Shown piece after piece: positions 11,655 through 23,762 of a DNA stretch of 64,000 bases. Source of the DNA: Rhizodiscina lignyota (Eukaryota). Each line of letters opens with the position of its first letter. Within the stretch, counting starts at the first letter, position 1. The stretch is taken from NCBI GenBank assembly GCA_010015805.1, contig ML978121.1, positions 2,914,001 to 2,978,000 of the forward strand, in the 5' to 3' direction. The notes under the pieces are model-generated. The model was not told where the DNA came from. It ran no database searches and worked only from the letters and a program-made list of their open reading frames with translations. The translations under genes were made by a program, and so were the position numbers.

Positions 11655-14184
11655 ATGTTGCGGCCGGCGACGCCGCTGGCGATACTCTTCCTCGCAGCGT
11701 TTGCGTTACTGCTGCTGAGTACGCTGAGCACACCAATCATCAAAGCAATCCCGTTGGCGGAATGGAAAGGCACGAAATTTGGCGTGTTTGGGTTCTGTGA
11801 GCCAACGGGCTGCAGCCCCATTGGAGTTGGATACAGCTACAGTAAGCTATTATTTTCAACATTCGACCTTTGGAATGAGATCATCTATAGACTATGGAAT
11901 AGTATGGCCATAGACCGAACCGTGTGCTTACAGTAAACTCTCCAGATGGCCTAACAGAGGATAACTCCGCCGACAACTTCTCACTTCCGACATCCGCACG
12001 TCACTCGCTGTCCAGCATCCTCGTCGTCCATCCTGTCGCCGCCTTCCTCACCCTCATCTGCTTCGGGCTCTCCGTTGCGGCACACTTCCACTCTCCCGCA
12101 CACTCTCCACGATACCTACTCGCTCTCCTTATCTTCACCATCCCAACCGTCCTCGTCTCACTCTTGGCATTCCTGGTTGACATACTCGTCTTCGTACCGC
12201 ACGTACAATGGGGTGGCTGGATTGTTCTCGCGGCTACGATTCTAATTCTTGCCTCCATGGTTCTCACTTGCGCTATGCGTCGGACTCTTGTCTCACGGAA
12301 AGCACGGAAGAAGCGCATTGCCGAAAATGCAGAGATGAGTGGCGAGAACTACTACAACCAGCGCGAACAAGTCGATATGCAAATGGACTCAGCAGTCGGT
12401 CCACCATCGACATTCGGCACGCTGTCGGAGTTCCCGAAGGCCGAGAGCCCGCCCCCGCTGCCCAGCGCTGGCATGAGTCCTGGAAGCGAAAAGGAGGCTG
12501 AATTCGCAACATTCGATCTCCAGAAGAAGAACAGTGGTGAAGAGCGGATGCCATTGAGTGGAGCAGCCGCAGCTCCTGGAAGAGGGAGAAGCGGCAGCAC
12601 AGGGGGCTGGAGAGGACCGGGAATGGGGAATATAAATGAACCTTATGGCGCTTCGCCTCCGAGAAGGGATCCATACGGGCAAGGTCCTCCACCCAATGCA
12701 GGTATGGGACCAGGATATGCCATGATGGGCGCAGGAATGCCACAACCACCTTTGAAGCACCAAAACTCTGATGGTTCATTTGGTTCAAGAGGATCGCGAG
12801 GAAGCGGTGGACCGCCACAATTCTATGGAAGAGGGAGGGGAGGTGGAGTTCCTTACGGACGGGGAGGTTATCCACCGAGAGGGGGTTATCCGCCAAGAGG
12901 AGCGCCTTATGCAAGAGGTGGTATGAGGGGAGGCCCGGCGGGTTACGGTTATGGCCCTCCAGGAAGAGGAGGACCGATGATGCCAAGAGGTGGTATGCAA
13001 AGAGGCCCACCACCAGGATATGAGGGCCAGAATCGCTTCTATGCTGGTCCTGGACCCAGTGCTCCGAGTTCAGCGGGTCCGTATGGTGGAAGTACATACA
13101 TTGGAACTCAGCGAGGAGACGTGTCGCCTGTAGAACCGAACAGACCGAGCATAGACGACCCACAAGGACCCATCGGACAAGCAGTAGAGATGGACGCAAG
13201 GAGAGGCCTGCCTAGCCCCACACGGCAAAACTTTGGACTGAGAGACAGCGATGCTGATGTTCAAGGCATGATCGGCATGCAGCAGCAGAGACAAAGTGAT
13301 GATGTCGGCGTCATGAGCCCAACCAGTACCTATTCTGAAGAGTAAGCTCTGCCTTCCATAGCCTTCGTTTCACTATCAGCTGCATCGTGAGTTTGAACTC
13401 CAACTGACAATTCATTAGGCCATTCGTTCCCGCACGCGCTGGATGGAATGAGCCGGGACCTTCCTCTGGTCCCTCGAATTCTACCGCCTCGGCCCTCCGA
13501 ACTCCTCACACCGAATCATCCTCCGCGGTCGCTGGCCGCGCGCTCTCTCCCATCGCACACTCCCCAGTTAACGAGGCGCCAGTGAGGACATTACGGAATG
13601 AAAATTCCTACTATGAAGACCCAGATCCCACCTTCGCCGCCCAATCCGCCGCACAAATGCAATCTTCCTCACCACCACCAGCCGCCATCCCAAGCGCCTT
13701 GATGGCCGGCGTAGGCCCAGGCAAACCACAGCTCCAAACACAGGGAGACCACCTGGCACCACAAACCGCCGTTCTCGAGCGAGACAGCAGTTCCTCGAGT
13801 CTAGCAGAAGGCGCGAGATCCCCTGCCGAGAGCGAAACGAGCCACTATACGAGCGTCAGCCAGCGTGGTATCAACCCGAACTGGGAAGGACTAGGCCCAG
13901 GGCCGGGGCCGGGAATGGGACCCGGACCGGGACCTGGATCGGGAATGGGAATGGGACCACGACCGCCTCCGCAGCAGATGAGGCGAGCCTCGCAGAGAGA
14001 AGACGTCCTCCTTGGAGCCAACCCTGACTTCTCAATTCCCGGAATGGGTCCTCCTCCGGGCAGAGGTGGCAGAGGCGGATTCAGAGGAAGAGGAGGCTCG
14101 GGGATGGGGCCGCCGCCAAAGGGTGGAATGGGCGGACCGTACGGTGGGATGACACCTCAGGGTAGATATCCTGATGCCATCTAA
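11655..14184 (+). CDS. palI: pH-response regulator PalI/Rim9 (SUR7/PalI family)
   Basis: MLRPATPLAILFLAAFALLLLS, FGVFGFC...CSPIGVGY, three further TM helices, RKARKKRIAENAEM and a long Gly/Pro-rich tail. Introns 11842-11945 and 13342-13418. Confidence 0.9.
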
Positions 14185-15091
14185 ACTTGCTCACTGAGTG
14201 AGCTAGAAAGAGGGTGTTGCACAGGTTTGGAGGCCATTCGATTCTTGGTGGAGCTAGGCTGTGAATTGGGGCGGACTATACCCTGAGGCTAGGACTGTCC
14301 GTGTGTACAGAAGGGAGCTGCGTTCCTTTGGGCTGTAAATCTTTTGTTTTGTCTTACTTCGACCCTTTTTACTCCTTTCTCTTTCTCTTTTTTGCACTGG
14401 TCGGCACGCTTTCGCCGCCGTTGAAGAATATTGTCTGTCCTTCCCGCATATACATGAGCGGCGTCGTTTAGGGTCTCTTTTTTTGTGCCCTTTTTCTTTT
14501 CGTACGTTATGGAGGTCTTTTTCCTCTCAAAAATCTTCTGCGGAGCTATGGACCGTCCGCCTTTCTTCTTCGCGCTGCGGCGAGAGCGCGGGGGATACAC
14601 AGCTGTAATTAATGACGTCGTTGACGACAGTTCTGGACGCGCAGTGCGTCTAGGAGGAATAAGAAAAAGCTATTCAAATAACCTGCGCTTTTGGCATTGT
14701 GTGAGATATGATTTGTGAGTCCCAACTGATGTAGACGTCAGACCGCTTTCACAATGCAACACCGAAGTTGTGATTAGACTTGGGAACGGCTTCGTTGGGT
14801 TATCTGAGTTCTGATCGAGAAAACAAGCGGGTCTGGACGCCCGGAAGCTTACCGTGTAGAAGACTCTAACTCTGGGAGTTATATCAACGGCGCGAGCGCA
14901 TTGGCAGCAACAAGCTCGCAATGAGGAGAAGCCTCTTCATAGACATCACGAATCGATTGCAAACATAGTTCTGAATTGATGTTGGCCTTGGACAGACACT
15001 TCAGCGGTGTCATTTGAAGGCAGGGCTCTTAGCGAGCGGACTGCTCGTACTCTTCTTATCTCTAGCTATGCAGCTACCGCCAGGTACAATG

Positions 15092-16912
15092 TCAAAGGTA
15101 TTTAGACCTCACTGCCTGGCTCAGCGTACTCATCCGGCTCGCCAGTCCGCCATGATTCATCTTGCTCAACAGCGCCTCCTCTAGTGCGGATTGGGAGATG
15201 CTCGCGTCTGCCTGATATTAGTAACACATTGTACGAAACTCCAAAACAGTGCATAACTTACCATCCAAATCACTGAAACTCGACCCCATGCTTGGAGTCC
15301 CCTCACTTCCCTGGGCTTGCCCGCTACTGCTCCCACCTCTCCGCGGACTCAGCCGCGCCAGTTCCGCGCGATGGTGCGGACTTAGTGGACCGAACTTGCG
15401 ACGCGCACCAGCACTGCTACTACGCATACGTGCTGCAGCGCCGTCGTTCTGGGGGAGTGACGATGCGGAGGATATGGAACTCTCGATGTCCCGGTCACGA
15501 AGAGGTGCTTTGCCCTTTGTGTCTGTGGTGCCGGGTAGCGAGGCTTGTCTGCCATGTGCCTGTCTCATCATGCTTGGCCCTTTGAGCAGCGGTTGTGCTT
15601 CCTCTTTTAACGTGCCGCCTAGGTCCTGCGGTTCCTTCTCTTTACCTTTTGCTCGCGGAACTACGCGTGGAGTGCCTGTCTCGGCGTTTGCGGCGTTCGC
15701 GAAAGGCAGAAATGTGCCTGAGTCTTCGTCGTCTTCGTCATCTTCGCCCCTTGATTCGTCGTCCACAGAGTCGAGTGTAGGCTTTTGTGCGTTAAATCTC
15801 GGTGGGCCTCGCCGAAATATCTGGCTCCGACGTACACCGGGCGGTCCGACAGGCTCATCTTCCGAAGACGAGGATTCGTCGGAGTCTGGTGATGCTGGTG
15901 AGCTCGTAGCTGATAGTGCAGATGCTGTAGGCGGCAGCTTTCCGTCTTTCCCCTGTCCTGTCTCGAGTCTTGATGGTGCTGCAGACTCTGGCTTCTTTCC
16001 TAGTGAAGAGCGAAACGAACGCTGGATAGGCTGTCTTGGGCTTGGCGGAACGTTAGTACCAGATGTTTGAGGTTGTGTGATGCGAGACTGTGTAATGGTT
16101 GTAGTTGAAGGATTCCGCGAGACCTGGCTCGGCCTGGGTGTCCCTGTCCCAGATGCGCCTCCTTCAACTCGAGGGACCGGACTATCTCTTGATCGCGTAG
16201 AAAGTGCAGAAGGAGCTCGCGATCCTCCACTGCCTAACCTCTTCATTGGAACTCCTCCCATGACTGTTCCGCTTCCACTTCCACTGCCTGATGTTGCTCC
16301 TGGTGCAGGACTCGAGCTTGTAGCTGGCGCAACTTTGCGCACTTGAGCGCGAACGTGTGAGAGGTGTCGTTCGTACAGCCATGCTGCTTGCTGGAGAATG
16401 AATGCATGTGGTACGTTGAAATTTGAGGCCCTGGAGACTCGAGTAAGTTATTGCGCGTGAGCAGCCCGATGGATGCAAAGTAAGTGCCTACAGTTCTTCC
16501 CCTGTCGAACAGCGCGTTAGCTTCTTGTTTCGATCATATAGAACGCATTCCGGATCAATAAGTACTTACAATCCAATTCACTTGTCTTCGAGCTTCTCGA
16601 TATGATTTCCCAAAGAGCTTGGTCCTTTACGGCGTCCCATTCAACCTGCAATGCGCCTTGTCAGCTCTCGTGCTAGTTATGCAGTATCCCATGCGGCTAA
16701 AGCTTCAATATTACCTGAGGAGGGTCTACAAAGTCTCCCCTTGGGAATGGCAGCCGTATCAGCAGTGTATAGTGTACTTCCGGCCCAGCAGGCTGCTTGT
16801 CGGGCTTCTTCGAAGCTCTGCTATCCGATCTCACCGGCACGGGGGCAACGTTGGACGGATTTCGGCTGTGAGTGGGTTTGAAAACCGCAGCGGGAGCGGG
16901 CGGCGGTGGCAT
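15092..16912 (-). CDS. ATG29: Autophagy-related protein 29
   Basis: HYTLLIRLPFPRGDFVDPPQVEWD, FILQQAAWLYERHL and C-terminal PSMGSSFSDLDDASISQSALEEALLS...SRMSTLSQAVRSKYL. Multi-exon. Confidence 0.9.
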
Positions 16913-17101
16913 GATGCTTCAATGATGAAGATATGGATTTTCTGACGGTCAGACGCGATTGAAGACGCGTTGGATGCAGAAGCTGGAGCTTCCGAAGCTT
17001 TGAACCTCCATCAGGTGCCGTATCGATAAGGAAATGTTTGACCTCGGAGATGGCCGGACTTCGGCGTTACGCCCGCCTCGTGCCGCAGGGGCCGCCCCCA
17101 G

Positions 17102-17173
17102 AGTTGGGTACGTAGTTGTACCGCAAGTCTAGGTGCCCTACCACCTAGGCTTGCGGTATCGAGTGCCCAAACT
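17102..17173. repeat. Inverted repeat (hairpin) in the ATG29/Myb divergent promoter
   Basis: TACCGCAAGTCTAGGTG-ccctac-CACCTAGGCTTGCGGTA forms a 17-bp stem with one G-T pair, plus an imperfect outer stem. Confidence 0.75.
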
Positions 17174-17327
17174 TAAATGAGTCTGGGCTCTACTCCGTAT
17201 CCAGAGCCATCATTGGTTAGCCAGTGCCATATGAAAGGCTAACTCTCAGCAGCCCCAACGTCGCACAATCAATCTCCAACACCAGACAAAACTGCATAAT
17301 AGCCTCTCACGATGCCACACACACCGG

Positions 17328-19526
17328 ATGGAAGGCATCAGAATCGAATCCCTCCTCCACCTGGCGGCATGGAACCGCGAGAATGAGCGCGCCGATACAC
17401 CACGTACACCAACGAAGGTAGCACCTCTGAAAGAGGTTCTAAACCATGACCGCCCTCAGCTCGTACCCCTTAGCTCGATAGCGCCTCAGCTTACCACTGT
17501 GCACACGGGGAAGAAGCCGCTGCAAGCCTCGTTGGAATATATCACAGACCCACAAAATGCGCTTGTATTGGCACCACTTGGAGGGAGTGGCTCTGCTGCT
17601 GGCATTGGTGGTGAAACGAGGGCACACGCCTCAAGCTCTCGCCTGCCGACTTTGAGCACGATCACAAACCCTCCTTCAAAGCCTGTGAAGTCTGCGGTTC
17701 CCCTTGCAGAAGTTCTGAACGAGGAGGACAGTCGTAGTCCGAATCTTGCTCCTCATCAACCTGCGTCCTCACGAAGGTCATCAGTGTCTTCAGGCAACGC
17801 CAGGAAGAGACGCAAGTTGTCCAATGCGGCACCAGTGTCGCTACCAACTGCATCTGTGTCTGCTGCAGGGCCTGGACTGACATTACCGAAACCTCAGCCA
17901 CGAGTTAATAAGGAAGGAAGGAGAAACAGAATCCCTCCGGTCATTTCTGGCCTCCATGATCCACCTGAAGATGCGGTGCTGCTTCCCAGTATTGCTGCAT
18001 CAACGGTGGACAGAGATTGGATTGGAACACTGCCGAGTAAGGCGTCACGAAGAACTCAGGGTGAAAGGCAGCATGAGCCAGCGGTTCCCATCCCAGAGAC
18101 AGCTGAAGATGAAACCCCTCGTGACAAAGAAAATCTGCAACCAAATTCCTCCACTACCGAAGATGTTGTATCCAAACCACAAGAACTCGAAAAGACACCC
18201 GGTTCTCCAGTGAATGCGACGGCGAAGTCGAAGAAACGTGCAAAGACTTCTAAGGGCTATCGACGCTGGACAGAACAGGAGGGTGAAGACCTCGTCGCTG
18301 GCGTGAAGAACTTTGGAATTGGTGCATGGAAGAGGATTCTCAACCACCCTCAGTATCATTTCAATGACCGCACGGCCGTCGACTTGAAGGACCGGTTCCG
18401 CAGGTGCTTTCCAGAGGAGTATAGGAAAGCAGGAGAACAGCTAGCCGACGAGCGCGCTACCAAAGATACAGATTCTCCTCCAGTAAGTGTGACGAAGTCT
18501 ACAAACGGAGCAACTGCGGTCTCGACAGAGATTACCACGAACAGCACCACTGAAGCACAAGAGGCACAGGCCAACAAATCCAGTAAGAAGCCCGGAACTA
18601 AAATCTCTGAGCAAGTTACCTCTTCCTCAGCAGAGCCTGCGTTTGAAAGGAAGATTGAACGACGTGGAAGGGTGAAATTTACGCAGGAAGAAGACGATGC
18701 CATTCTTCGTGGATTCATGAAATACGGTCCGAAGTGGCACAAGATTCAGTCCGATCCGGATTTGAAATTGGACAACCGAAGCCGCACGGATTTGCGAGAT
18801 CGATTCAGGAATAAATATCCAGAGGAGTTCAAGGCCGGTGGTCGCAAGAAGCCCTCGACTGACGAAAATCTCACTCTTGTGGCGACCGAATTCTCATCCA
18901 ACGAGAAAGCAAAGGAATCAGAGACTGCTTCGTCGGCGCCACTTCTGGCTCGTAAAGATACTCTTACGTCTGAAGGAGCTGATATTCCACCGACAACGAC
19001 TCCAGCGGACCCTGCCGTGGTTACAAGCGCGGCGCAGACAGCTTCTCGACCTGCTCCAATCCTCCAGGCACTACATTCAACTTCGCATTTACACCTCCCG
19101 ACGATAGACTTTGATGGCTTCCCAGATTTCGAAGCGAGCGACGACATTGGTCATGAACCAATTACCCTCAGGCGGGATATATTCGACTACGTCCCTCCAC
19201 ACACCAATTCTATTTCACAGCATGGCAACCAAGCTGCACCCGCTCTGGTTAATGCCGTCCTTGATAACTCCATCGCCCACTCCTTGGATGCACTGCATAT
19301 GAATCCTCTGCTAATGCTAAGGCCCATACCGTCGAGTTCTGCAGTCCACCCAAGTCTAACTAATACGGCGATGTCTGGGATGCCGCTGTCTGGCATGTTG
19401 TCTCGCAATCAGGAGAACTACAGTTCCTCACATGCCGATGGAAGGAGTGGGAATGGTATGGTGACCTTACCGGGCTTTGACGACCTGACGATGAGTTTGG
19501 AAGATGATGAAAGGCTTCTTTGGTAA
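17328..19526 (+). CDS. Double Myb (telobox-type) DNA-binding protein, Tay1/Teb1-like
   Basis: Two TRF-like Myb domains: RRWTEQE...GIGAWKRIL...RTAVDLKDRFR and KFTQEED...YGPKWHKI...RSRTDLRDRFRN. Single 732-aa ORF. Confidence 0.85.
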   Translation: MEGIRIESLLHLAAWNRENERADTPRTPTKVAPLKEVLNHDRPQLVPLSSIAPQLTTVHTGKKPLQASLEYITDPQNALVLAPLGGSGSAAGIGGETRAHASSSRLPTLSTITNPPSKPVKSAVPLAEVLNEEDSRSPNLAPHQPASSRRSSVSSGNARKRRKLSNAAPVSLPTASVSAAGPGLTLPKPQPRVNKEGRRNRIPPVISGLHDPPEDAVLLPSIAASTVDRDWIGTLPSKASRRTQGERQHEPAVPIPETAEDETPRDKENLQPNSSTTEDVVSKPQELEKTPGSPVNATAKSKKRAKTSKGYRRWTEQEGEDLVAGVKNFGIGAWKRILNHPQYHFNDRTAVDLKDRFRRCFPEEYRKAGEQLADERATKDTDSPPVSVTKSTNGATAVSTEITTNSTTEAQEAQANKSSKKPGTKISEQVTSSSAEPAFERKIERRGRVKFTQEEDDAILRGFMKYGPKWHKIQSDPDLKLDNRSRTDLRDRFRNKYPEEFKAGGRKKPSTDENLTLVATEFSSNEKAKESETASSAPLLARKDTLTSEGADIPPTTTPADPAVVTSAAQTASRPAPILQALHSTSHLHLPTIDFDGFPDFEASDDIGHEPITLRRDIFDYVPPHTNSISQHGNQAAPALVNAVLDNSIAHSLDALHMNPLLMLRPIPSSSAVHPSLTNTAMSGMPLSGMLSRNQENYSSSHADGRSGNGMVTLPGFDDLTMSLEDDERLLW

Positions 19527-19938
19527 CTTGATTGCGATATTTGTATGTATGCTGATATGATACCCTTAGATTTATATTCTGATTTCACCATTCTGCTGCT
19601 TTGTTGTGCATCTCGCTACTCTGCTCATTTCGCACTTACGCACAAAACCTCCTTAGTATTACGTCGTCTTCAGAAATTCAGTGGGAGACTCGTTTGTCAA
19701 TGGAGGAAGATTGGAATCTATTGTGGCATAATGCGCACGACCAAATGCACTGGGTGTCTGGATTCTCTGATAGACGCTGGCTGCTGCAATAGGACATACT
19801 TACATACGAATGGAACTACTCCGTACATTGCTGGCCATTTATTTAACCCCTTACATTCACGTGACGTTAAAGAAGCAGCTCCAGACGATCAACGTCGTAA
19901 TGTGAATGAGTTTGAGATTTCCAGTGTCTTACAAGTAT

Positions 19939-20832
19939 CTATACAATTGCACCCTTCGCAGCCTTCTCTCTCTCCTTCGCCTTCCTTCTCTCCTCCCTCT
20001 CTCGTCTCCGAATTTCCCTCAAATCCGGCGGCGCCTCAATGCCCAACTCCCTCCTTACATCCTCCACGCTATCCTCTAGCCTCTCCTCCCAATACACATT
20101 AATCACTTCCTTGCTCCTGCTGCCATTCTCCCACGCCCATGGCCCATACACCTCCCAGAATCTTTTTCTCTCCCCGCGCTTCAGCGTCGCCAGTGCCGCT
20201 AGACTCAGCCCCGTCATCGGCAGCGCCGTGTTCGCGAACTCGAATGCTTTTAGGGCGATCTCACCCTCCCGCACGATGGGGAGGCTGGTTAGGGCGTGGT
20301 AGAAGTCGTGACACTCGCGGTAGCGCTGCATAACGTACGCCTCCTCTTCATCATCAATATATCTTACTGCACTTCTTGTATCAGGCGTCACGCCTTCCCG
20401 GTCGAGCCACTTGACATATGTCCGGCCCACACTGCCCTCGGGAAGCTGGCGCAGCTTCTCCAAGTTAAGTGTTTGTGATGTTATACGCGGACGGTCTTTC
20501 AGGATGCGTCGGCCGGTAGGGTCGAGAAGCATGGCATTGCGAAGACGAGTTATGAAGTACGGTTTCGCAGTTGCTTCGGCGAGCGCAGCGATGAGGTCGC
20601 CCCGGTGCGGGTCGCGAATAGAGCCGATTGCGCTACCGATGGCCAGGGCGAGGCGCTCGATGCTGGTGAGCGGGACATGGCCGGGGTAGTTTGGTGGTGG
20701 GCGGTTGAGTACGGAGAAGGGACGGTGTGCTTGTGATGTCGACTTTGTAAGATTTGAGGGTTTGGGTTTGGATAGGTGGATTTGGCGGCGGAGTTGTCTT
20801 CGCAGACAAGACGAGCACAGTGTCGCTGCCAT
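19939..20832 (-). CDS. COQ4: Ubiquinone biosynthesis protein COQ4
   Basis: [32 protein letters not shown] and [14 protein letters not shown]...GEIALKAFE. Mitochondrial presequence starts at ATG 20832. Confidence 0.97.
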   Translation of the reverse strand: MAATLCSSCLRRQLRRQIHLSKPKPSNLTKSTSQAHRPFSVLNRPPPNYPGHVPLTSIERLALAIGSAIGSIRDPHRGDLIAALAEATAKPYFITRLRNAMLLDPTGRRILKDRPRITSQTLNLEKLRQLPEGSVGRTYVKWLDREGVTPDTRSAVRYIDDEEEAYVMQRYRECHDFYHALTSLPIVREGEIALKAFEFANTALPMTGLSLAALATLKRGERKRFWEVYGPWAWENGSRSKEVINVYWEERLEDSVEDVRRELGIEAPPDLREIRRREREERRKAKEREKAAKGAIV

Positions 20833-21063
20833 TGCGAAGGAAGGCGAGAGCAATTGAGCAGTGGAGCACACCACGCTGCGGAGTGTGGAATGTGCTAATT
20901 AAAGACAAGCTGCATGAGGTGAAGTCGAAGCTTTGACTCTAATTTCCCCCAGACCCACAATTCCCCACAAACTCGCGTCGCCTGATGACCCCAGACTTTC
21001 CCTTCCCTCCTCCACAAAACAAGCAAGCCAGCATGCGACAACAACTCCAATAACTCAACCTAA

Positions 21064-22002
21064 ATGCCATACCACGCCCCGCGCCGCCTCTCCAAATCTA
21101 CGCAACATGAGCTGTTCTTCGACGGCCCTACCGGACTCGACTCGCCCACCTCTCCCACTGGCGCATCGAGCGTCGATGACATGCTCGACGCCGCGCTGAG
21201 CGGCCCGCCCATCGACGCGCAGATCAACCAGGAGGACGCGATACGATACTGGTCGGGCGTCAGCGCTGATAATAATGGTGTACTAGGCGGGTACCCGCAG
21301 GTGTCGCGTGTAGATCTCCAAGGCTCGACGCAGTTCCTCACGAAGTTGCGGCGCAAGAGCAAGAAATTCAGTCCCACGACGGGACCGCTGCCGCGCGTAG
21401 TGGATTGTGGCGCGGGTATTGGGCGCCTGACGAAGGGGTTTCTGGGAAAGGTTGCGGAGGTGGTGGATATCGTGGAGCCGGTAACGCAGCTCACCGACGT
21501 GATTACCTCGGGCGAAGACTTTGCGGAGTTGAGGCAGAAGGGCGTGGTGGGAGACATATACAACGTCGGGCTCGAGAAGTGGACACCAAGAGAAGGTAGG
21601 GAGTACACTGTCATCTGGAACCAGTGGTGTCTGGGCCAGCTCACGGATCGGCAATTGATCGATTACTTCAGGAGGATAAAGCCGTTTGTCGCAGAGGGCG
21701 GGTGGATTGTCGTCAAGGAGAACATGAGCACGGACCCGAACGGCCTGGATATCTTCGACGAAACGGACAGCAGCGTCACGAGGAGCGACGGCAAGTTCAG
21801 GCAGATCTTCGAGCGCGCCGGGTTGAAGATGATTGCGCAGGAGTTGCAGAGGGGCATGCCGAAGGGATTATACCCCGTGAGGACATACGGTCTGGTGGTA
21901 GACGGATGGGACGACGACATTGAAGAAGAGGAGGCACCTCTGAAGCCAGTCAATGGCGAAATCAAGTACAAGATGGTCGATGGGCGACTCGTTAGAGAAT
22001 AA
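21064..22002 (+). CDS. NTM1: Alpha-N-terminal protein methyltransferase 1
   Basis: YWSGV...GVLGGY, VDCGAGIGR, IWNQWCLGQLTD, IVVKEN and FDETDSSVTR. Confidence 0.95.
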   Translation: MPYHAPRRLSKSTQHELFFDGPTGLDSPTSPTGASSVDDMLDAALSGPPIDAQINQEDAIRYWSGVSADNNGVLGGYPQVSRVDLQGSTQFLTKLRRKSKKFSPTTGPLPRVVDCGAGIGRLTKGFLGKVAEVVDIVEPVTQLTDVITSGEDFAELRQKGVVGDIYNVGLEKWTPREGREYTVIWNQWCLGQLTDRQLIDYFRRIKPFVAEGGWIVVKENMSTDPNGLDIFDETDSSVTRSDGKFRQIFERAGLKMIAQELQRGMPKGLYPVRTYGLVVDGWDDDIEEEEAPLKPVNGEIKYKMVDGRLVRE

Positions 22003-22280
22003 GCCGTTGCGGATTCAAAACGCGATACTAGAATCAGTGTCTAGAATTGTTGTAATCAATCCAACTTGTAATATTTGACGCTTCTAGCAGTGTAATAAAG
22101 GGATTGCATGTGAACGAGAGAGTTAATCATTCCGCATATCCATTAATCGTTGAGTCGAGTGCATCAAAACAAGCCGATAAATCTCCCATGGAATTCAGAT
22201 CAACCAGCTGCGTGCATCGATGATGACTTCGACGGCATCCATGTTGTCGGTGGAACTAATTGAGCGATGTTCAAATATGT

Positions 22281-23762
22281 TTAAGGTGTGTAGCCGTAGA
22301 AAGTACAATTGAAAGTGCGGAAATATGTACTGACGGGAGTTGATGGCTTCCAATCTCCGGCGTGAGTGTTGCAGCTGTACAATTTATCCCATTCAGGCCC
22401 ACGGCCAGAGTGACTCGTCCCTTTGATATTCGGTGGGTTGCCAGAGTCCCATGTTGGCTGAACCTTCTCTCCAGTGAGATATGTGAAGTGGATATCCGTT
22501 GTTGTTTTATGTGTTGGATCTGATATCAATATTTGAACGCGACACGGGGCACCGTCCATGTAAAGGGCGGAAATCTTGTTGTCGAAGGGACCCAGAGGCT
22601 GATGCCCCGTGTCCAGGAGTTTATGATTCGAATTATATAGGTACCACCTGCATGGTAAAGGGATTAGCGGATATGTTTACCTCTCAAATCAATGATAAGC
22701 AACTGTACGTTGTGCGGCTGTTCGCGACCCCGAAGTTGTTCTTTGTTTCAGGGTTTGACGTTTGTTCAATGGTGATCGTATAATTGGCAGCCCGGTCAGC
22801 GAAAGGACCATTGGTGGACTGGGGCTGGGGCTTCTGAGGTGTGGCTGGAAGTTGCCCACTGAAGAGAACATCAAGATCATGCAATTTCTGGGCTTCTGTC
22901 ACCGTCGATCCGATATTGACCCACTTTGGGTCTTGTTGGCAGGGACACCTGGGCATGATCAGCAGGACTTGACAGCTGTGGGGCTTTACACCTCACCATG
23001 CCCATTGGCGACTGACGGGATACTGCATCGCACGATTAGCTTAGATTTCCCGCAAGCAAAGAGTTATACGTACACCTTGGCACCAGTTCTTTTCCAGTCC
23101 TTTGATCTTCCCTCCACAGTTCATGCAAAATGGCACGGCGCGTGGTATGTGACAACGAGACTGTTTCCGGATTGGAAATACGTCGATAGTGTCGGTCTCC
23201 CAACCTTCCGCTGCCACGGTGATAATGTAGACCAGCCAATAGGCCATCTTCGCTATTTCTTGCTTTTGCAAAACAGCCAGGGATGCGAGAGCTGCATTGT
23301 TTCTGGTCCAAGCAGTAAGATCATTGACAGCTTTGATCGCGGCCAAGCGGGCGGGGAGAGGAAGGCCCAAGTGTGACGGATATGGCAAAAGAAGATCCCC
23401 AAGCTGGTTTTGCTTCTGTCCAATCAAGCTCAAGAGGTTCGTGGCACCGCTCTCAAGACAACTTTGCGCACTGCGACGATGATTTGGGCATGTGAAGTTT
23501 CTCACTATGTCTTGGACCTCGTGCCCAAGCTCCTTTGGGAGATAGATCAGGATATCGCCTTTATCGGCACCGTCATCTGTGAGATCGGCAATGACGACAT
23601 CAGGTCTGATAAAAATCAGCTTGCGCGTTTTGAGAGAGGGAGGAACAGCGTGATGCATTACGGATCATCCGCATCTTGTCTGGGAACAAGATATTGTCCT
23701 TTCCCGGAATAGACCCGGGAGCATAGAAGCATAACACTGAATAGTAGGAAAGAACCACGCAT
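22281..23762 (-). CDS. Secreted Cys-containing protein of unknown function
   Basis: Signal peptide MRGSFLLFSVMLLCSRVYS. Four predicted GT-AG introns join the ORF fragments in frame. Cys cluster CMNCGG...WCQG...WCPC. Confidence 0.65.
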
